In this document: one piece after another, positions 7,093 to 11,348 of the stretch | Position numbering within the stretch: the stretch's first letter is position 1 | Layout: each line of letters opens with the position of its first letter | DNA from: Candidatus Zixiibacteriota bacterium | GTDB lineage: Bacteria > Zixibacteria > MSB-5A5 > GN15 > JAAZOE01 | DNA: 11,348 nt | Reading direction: 5' to 3' | NCBI GenBank assembly: GCA_043819555.1 | Contig: JBDREQ010000056.1 | Coordinates: 1-11,348, forward strand | Made by a program: the position numbers and the translations under genes | The notes under the pieces: model-generated | What the model was told of the DNA's origin: nothing | The model's input: the letters and a program-made list of their open reading frames with translations, nothing else | Databases searched by the model: none

Positions 7093-9270
7093 ATGAAATT
7101 CAGCCATGGTTCAAAAGTCATAGGATTTTTCATATTATTTTTTCTGATAACAGCAATCTCTAGTTGGGGAAAAGGGGCTTCACGAGTTCAATCCCTCGAT
7201 AATGCCAAACCAAAATCAATTTTGCCAAAGGGCCTATCAACTTATATAAGCGCAATGGACACCTGCGCCGTATATGAAGGCGGAGATCCAGCCTGGCTTA
7301 TATACCCCTGGATTGAGGGAGATGAATTATTTAAAGCCTACCAAAATCCATCGGCCACTTGTACCCAGCCTTATCCTTTTTCAATCGACCGAGTTCATCT
7401 AATACTGTATTGTGTTAATGCCGGGAGTCTTCATCTCTCGGCTGATATCGAAGCGGTTGATAATTCCATCCCCGGATGCCCTCATCCGGGAGAGATGCTT
7501 GATATAACTCCTCTCTTTGAATATGTGATACCTGGAGAGGATTTATATTTTATCACTGTTCCTCTCGATAGCCCGATAATTGTCGATGGTCCGTATTTTG
7601 TCGGTCTGTATTTTGCCGCTACCGGCAATCCCCAGATAGCCGCCATTGTTACCGACGATACGCCCGTCGGATGCGCTTCATATAACGATTGGGGATATGG
7701 TTATGTTGACCTTGATACAGTTTATACTGATCCCGATGGGACAGGCTTAATAAAAACTTTTCCGGGACGAATGATCCTTTATTCCAGCGGTGTTCCCGGA
7801 GGAGATCCGGGAAACGGCACCGATCCGCCTCCGGTTGCCGAATTTATATCTCCACGACCGAATGAAAATGTTGGTTCCAACATTGACTTATGGACCAATG
7901 ATATCTCAGGATCGCCAATAATTGTACGTGCTGACTTTTATTATCAACTAACCGGCGCCTGGATTTATTTGGGAACCGATAATGATGACAATCCGCCTTT
8001 GAGAAATGGAATTATCTCGTCCGGCCTTGGTGACGGACTTTCATTTAATTGGAACACAACCGGCCTATCAGAGGAAGATTATAAGGTTAGAGCAATCATC
8101 ACTGATACCCTTGAACAATCCGACACTGCTCAGATTTCTATCCATATTGATCCGACCCCGCCCGTCCCCAATTTTGTTAATCCTGAAATGGGTCAATATA
8201 TATCGGGAAACATTGATGTTGAACTTACCTGCGCCGACGAAAATCTAAGTTACATGACTTTTTTAGGAAAAAGCATTCCGGTTGATAATGCCCTGCCCAT
8301 TCCGATTATTAATCAAAATCTTGGAGGTGATACCAACGGCAATCCTTATGATGATAATTCTTCAGCATCTGGCGAATTCGGAGACTTTTGTTCCGGTCCT
8401 GCAGTAGCCGCGATGGCTGTTAAATATTGGTCGACTCGCGGATTTTCAAACATTATCCGGGAAGGCTTGACTGATTTGACAGATGCTCAATTAATAGACA
8501 GATTATTTTCAGCCATGCGTGTTGAAGAATACATGGGATGCCAGGATGAAGAATTTATCGCCGGATTAAGCGATTATGTCTTGTCTCACGGCGGTGGTTT
8601 TTCGGTTGAGGTAAATCGTAATCCCGGCATATCCGATATTTATGATTGGGGCTTTAATAATGAATACGCGACCATGCTCGGATTATCAGGCAATCCTGGA
8701 CTGTGGCTGCTTCTGGCCGGTAACAAGGGTGTCGCCCGCCATAATGAAGACCATACCCTGACTTTGATAGATCCCATAACCGCGACTATCTCTGATTTTA
8801 CTGTTCACGAGCTGAATGGGATACTTGCCATAAATTACAATTCCACCTGGTTTGAGATTGATTTAATTGTTGGCTTAGTCCCCAATGAATGGAATATCAT
8901 TACAACATTTTATGGTTATGATGGCAACGCTTCCGATGGTTGGGGAATAATCTGGAATACATCCACCCTGGAAGCTAATAAATTGCATTTTCTGACTGTC
9001 CAGGCCACAGATACTGATAACAATTCCGGAATTAAGTCAATTCTGGTCAGAAACGATGGAGGTCAAAGTTATATCCCGGGTGATGTAAACGATGATGATT
9101 TAGTTAATCCCGGAGATCTAATCTATCTGATAAATTATATCTATATGAATTCATCGCCACCACCTGCCGGAAATGACGCCGCCAATATTAATGGCGATAC
9201 AACAATTGATCTGGCGGATGTAATTTATCTTTATAATTACCTCTTTTTGGGCGGACCATTGCCGAAATAA
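7093..9270 (+). CDS. Secreted multidomain protein: N-terminal beta domain, bacterial Ig-like domains, degenerate C39/papain-like domain, C-terminal dockerin
   Basis: ATG 7093 is preceded by GGAGA and begins a Sec-type signal peptide (MKFSHGSKVIGFFILFFLITAISSWG), giving 725 aa. Ig-like repeat PPVAEFISP...FNWNTTGLSEEDYKVRAIITD at 7825-8151. C39-like motifs PIINQ, CSGPAVAAMAVKYW and LIDP. Dockerin GDVNDDDLVNPGD / ANINGDTTIDLAD...YLFLGGPLP at ~9073-9267. Confidence 0.85.
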   Translation: MKFSHGSKVIGFFILFFLITAISSWGKGASRVQSLDNAKPKSILPKGLSTYISAMDTCAVYEGGDPAWLIYPWIEGDELFKAYQNPSATCTQPYPFSIDRVHLILYCVNAGSLHLSADIEAVDNSIPGCPHPGEMLDITPLFEYVIPGEDLYFITVPLDSPIIVDGPYFVGLYFAATGNPQIAAIVTDDTPVGCASYNDWGYGYVDLDTVYTDPDGTGLIKTFPGRMILYSSGVPGGDPGNGTDPPPVAEFISPRPNENVGSNIDLWTNDISGSPIIVRADFYYQLTGAWIYLGTDNDDNPPLRNGIISSGLGDGLSFNWNTTGLSEEDYKVRAIITDTLEQSDTAQISIHIDPTPPVPNFVNPEMGQYISGNIDVELTCADENLSYMTFLGKSIPVDNALPIPIINQNLGGDTNGNPYDDNSSASGEFGDFCSGPAVAAMAVKYWSTRGFSNIIREGLTDLTDAQLIDRLFSAMRVEEYMGCQDEEFIAGLSDYVLSHGGGFSVEVNRNPGISDIYDWGFNNEYATMLGLSGNPGLWLLLAGNKGVARHNEDHTLTLIDPITATISDFTVHELNGILAINYNSTWFEIDLIVGLVPNEWNIITTFYGYDGNASDGWGIIWNTSTLEANKLHFLTVQATDTDNNSGIKSILVRNDGGQSYIPGDVNDDDLVNPGDLIYLINYIYMNSSPPPAGNDAANINGDTTIDLADVIYLYNYLFLGGPLPK

Positions 9271-9291
9271 AAAAATTTGAAGATTAAATAC

Positions 9292-9328
9292 AATAAACCC
9301 GGTCAATAAATTGACCGGGTTTATTTTT
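9292..9328. terminator. Bidirectional Rho-independent terminator
   Basis: Perfect 15-bp inverted repeat AATAAACCCGGTCAA (9292-9306), TAAA loop, TTGACCGGGTTTATT (9311-9325), with A-rich and T-rich flanks, between convergent stops at 9270 and 9335. Confidence 0.92.
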
Positions 9329-9334
9329 ATGGAG

Positions 9335-9661
9335 TTAAGCCTTCCGAGTAGCCGCGGCTCTAATTGCGCGTTCGGCGACATCTTTATTGATGCCGCATAT
9401 TTCAATTATTTTATCCACAGCCTTATCCAATTCTTCGATCCATTTTTTATCCGGATATCTCGCAACCAGATCATCGGTCAATTCATCGGCGATTGCCGCA
9501 ATCCAGGCGGCATATTTTCTCTTTTTATCCACATTCAACATGGGAATCAAATATTTTTTTGACACGTAGGATATAATTATTCCTGCCAGAGCCCATATGC
9601 CACCGGCCAAAGCCAGTAAATTATCGCCTATAAATCCGGTTATACTTGAAAATATTGACAT
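9335..9661 (-). CDS. Small single-pass membrane protein, phage holin (LL-H-like) architecture
   Basis: GAGAGG Shine-Dalgarno 4 nt before the ATG, and a 16-nt gap from the upstream gene. One N-terminal hydrophobic helix followed by KKYLIPML, a charged helical domain and the C-terminal RAIRAAATRKA. The CDS is well supported; the holin label rests on architecture only. Confidence 0.55.
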   Translation of the reverse strand: MSIFSSITGFIGDNLLALAGGIWALAGIIISYVSKKYLIPMLNVDKKRKYAAWIAAIADELTDDLVARYPDKKWIEELDKAVDKIIEICGINKDVAERAIRAAATRKA

Positions 9662-9677
9662 AGATCCTCTCTTTTTT

Positions 9678-11348
9678 TTACCAGTTAATCTGCCAGTTGT
9701 CAGAGTCTGGCACTACTATTGTCTTTTTCAGTATGGTTCCGGCCGGATAACTGGCTGAAATCATATACTGCGAACCCGCCGGATTCAAAATTGCCGACGG
9801 AATCAAATCAAAATAAAAATATCCGTCCGAATCAGTTGTCATGGACTTTTTATAGGGACTAATGATCAATTTATCTTTCCGAATTTCAGTACCGACCAGG
9901 GCAGCGGTTACTTCAACATCTTCAATAGGCTGGCCATCCACTGAATAAAAATAACCATACACACGGCATAAGTCAGGCGACGCGGGAGCGCCCGGATCAA
10001 ATTGATATCCCATTAAGCTGTCAATCTGGGAACCGGAGACAGATATCGTATCATAGGCGTCGAACAGATATCCTGGTGCGATACAGGAAATGACATAATC
10101 TCCCGAATTCAGATTAGCCTGTAAACTGCCTTGCTGACCGGTAAAACCCACCGCGACCAGGGCAGATAAATCGACATTAAACACCGACATTCTGACGCTA
10201 GAAATAATCATGCCATTGGCAGTATCATAAGCAATTAGAGTTACCGGATAGCTGCCGGCGCCAACTGGCGACTTGTCCGACCATGTTTTTGCCGAATCTC
10301 CGAAAGAACCGGCGGCCCAGGCGGTATCAATTTCATATCCCCAGAAAGTCCGAGCCATTTCGGCCTGGGTTTCGGGATCAAAATTATATCCAAACTCTGA
10401 TGTAATCGAAAATCCGTAGCCATTGTCCCCATGACCAAGAATCCTGATCGCATCTCCGCCGTTTCCTGTTCCTCCGTCAATCTGAATTCCATGAACATTG
10501 GCCTGATCCCCGGCGCTTAACCAGACAGCATCGTCACGCTTAGCCTTTATACGCAATCCACTCGCCAACTCTCCCGCATTGGCTTCATCACCGCCGAGCA
10601 GGTACATTCCTGACCCGGAATCCTGAGCTTCGGCATAAAACCCGGATTTTTCTTTGGAACCATAGGTGGCCAAACCATGACCGTCATACGTCCAGGTTGT
10701 AATACCATTTCCGGAAGTTAAACCGCCGCGGAAATAAGCCCCGTCAGCGGTTGTGCCACCGAATACACGTAATCCATTTCCGGCTCCTGAGCCTGTAAAT
10801 GTCACCGCATTTTCATCATCATGTCCGGTTACTGTAATTGTCCTCAATTGCATTGTTGTATCGGCATTCATCGCGGCTATTACAGCACCCTGTACTGTCG
10901 CGGAATCGAGTCCCGATGCGGCTCCCTGCATATAAGTCTTATTATTTAGAGAATCACCCATAGTGCCGGATGTATATGCCGTATTGAATGCCTTATTCCA
11001 GGTTGAATCGGAAATGGCCGCCATATCGGCGTCGGAAATACTGACTTCGCCTCCCTGCGTAATCCAATAACCCATATTGGGATCAGTTTTGTGTCCGGTC
11101 GTATCTTCATCCCAAACATCATCAACTATTTCGGCCCTGAGGCTGGCATCCAATTCATTACCAGACGTTACCGAGGTCGATATAGCGTCACCAGATGTAT
11201 TACCACCGATAATTTGTACGCCCGCACCAGTTTCTCCGCCCTTTGTATATATACCCGGAGCCGCCCCATATCCCTGAAGGTGAACTCCTGCATGGTCAAT
11301 TCCCGTTTGGACATAGGCATAAATAGCACTTCCGCTATTACCCTCGAT
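9678..11348 (-). CDS. Gly-rich repeat protein with two C-terminal beta-sandwich (carboxypeptidase-regulatory-like) domains; possible phage-derived structural or fibre protein (5' end outside window)
   Basis: The frame stays open past TTG 11153 to the window edge (IEGNSGSAIYAYVQTGIDHAGVHLQGYGAAPGIYTKGGETGAGVQIIGGNTSGDAISTSVTSGNE-LDASL), so the protein is at least 556 aa. It has ~11-12 aa Gly/beta-strand repeats, three 'IxDxVW...G' helical repeats, and C-terminal modules VTLIAYD...GDYVISCIAPGY and VYGYFYSVDGQPIEDVEV...TTDSDGYFYFDLIP. Confidence 0.7.
   Translation of the reverse strand: MEGNSGSAIYAYVQTGIDHAGVHLQGYGAAPGIYTKGGETGAGVQIIGGNTSGDAISTSVTSGNELDASLRAEIVDDVWDEDTTGHKTDPNMGYWITQGGEVSISDADMAAISDSTWNKAFNTAYTSGTMGDSLNNKTYMQGAASGLDSATVQGAVIAAMNADTTMQLRTITVTGHDDENAVTFTGSGAGNGLRVFGGTTADGAYFRGGLTSGNGITTWTYDGHGLATYGSKEKSGFYAEAQDSGSGMYLLGGDEANAGELASGLRIKAKRDDAVWLSAGDQANVHGIQIDGGTGNGGDAIRILGHGDNGYGFSITSEFGYNFDPETQAEMARTFWGYEIDTAWAAGSFGDSAKTWSDKSPVGAGSYPVTLIAYDTANGMIISSVRMSVFNVDLSALVAVGFTGQQGSLQANLNSGDYVISCIAPGYLFDAYDTISVSGSQIDSLMGYQFDPGAPASPDLCRVYGYFYSVDGQPIEDVEVTAALVGTEIRKDKLIISPYKKSMTTDSDGYFYFDLIPSAILNPAGSQYMISASYPAGTILKKTIVVPDSDNWQINW
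10293..11273 (-). repeat. Protein-level internal repeats in the right-hand CDS
   Basis: 31-aa ungapped duplication, 11181-11273 versus 10701-10793 (14/31 identical by hand). A 24-aa helical repeat occurs at 11064-11135, 10950-11021 and 10293-10364. Confidence 0.7.

Noticed and set aside
9292..9325. 15-bp inverted repeat as an IS end, MITE or att site
   Set aside because: It is a single hairpin between convergent stops with T/A tails and no transposase or target duplication; a terminator explains it fully.
9151..9569. ORFs 9151..9405 -, 9311..9562 + and 9387..9569 +
   Set aside because: They cross the terminator or are antisense to the better-supported 9335..9661 gene.
1..11348. CRISPR array, tRNA/rRNA, DGR template/variable repeat pair, integron cassette
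   Set aside because: By eye there are no regularly spaced direct repeats, no near-identical long DNA repeats and no reverse transcriptase or integrase. Intergenic gaps are all under about 150 bp and explained by terminators or promoters. A dot plot and Infernal scan would confirm.

Overview
Bacterial chromosomal window, AT-rich between genes, with seven credible genes. (1) A 5'-truncated giant acidic, Cys-rich exported protein with a PQQ/BamB-like beta-propeller and C-terminal dockerin (<3..3332, +), ending in an intrinsic terminator. (2) An M50 site-2 protease (+). (3) A convergent REC-GAF-HD-GYP response regulator (-). (4) lipA (-). (5) A divergent secreted protein with Ig-like domains, an apparently inactivated C39/papain-like domain nested inside an Ig domain, and a C-terminal dockerin (+). 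(6, 7) Beyond a bidirectional terminator, the end of a minus-strand operon: a holin-like 108-aa protein and a truncated Gly-rich repeat protein with phage-structural-like features. The dockerin style (GDxNxDxxxNxxDxxYLxxYLFxxGxxP on non-CAZyme proteins) suggests a Zixibacteria-like lineage; this is inference only. The best candidates for novelty are a possibly domesticated phage-derived module at the right end, a non-cellulosomal dockerin display system, and the nested pseudo-protease. No rRNA, tRNA, CRISPR array, IS or integrase was seen. All family assignments are from motif recognition by eye, not database searches.
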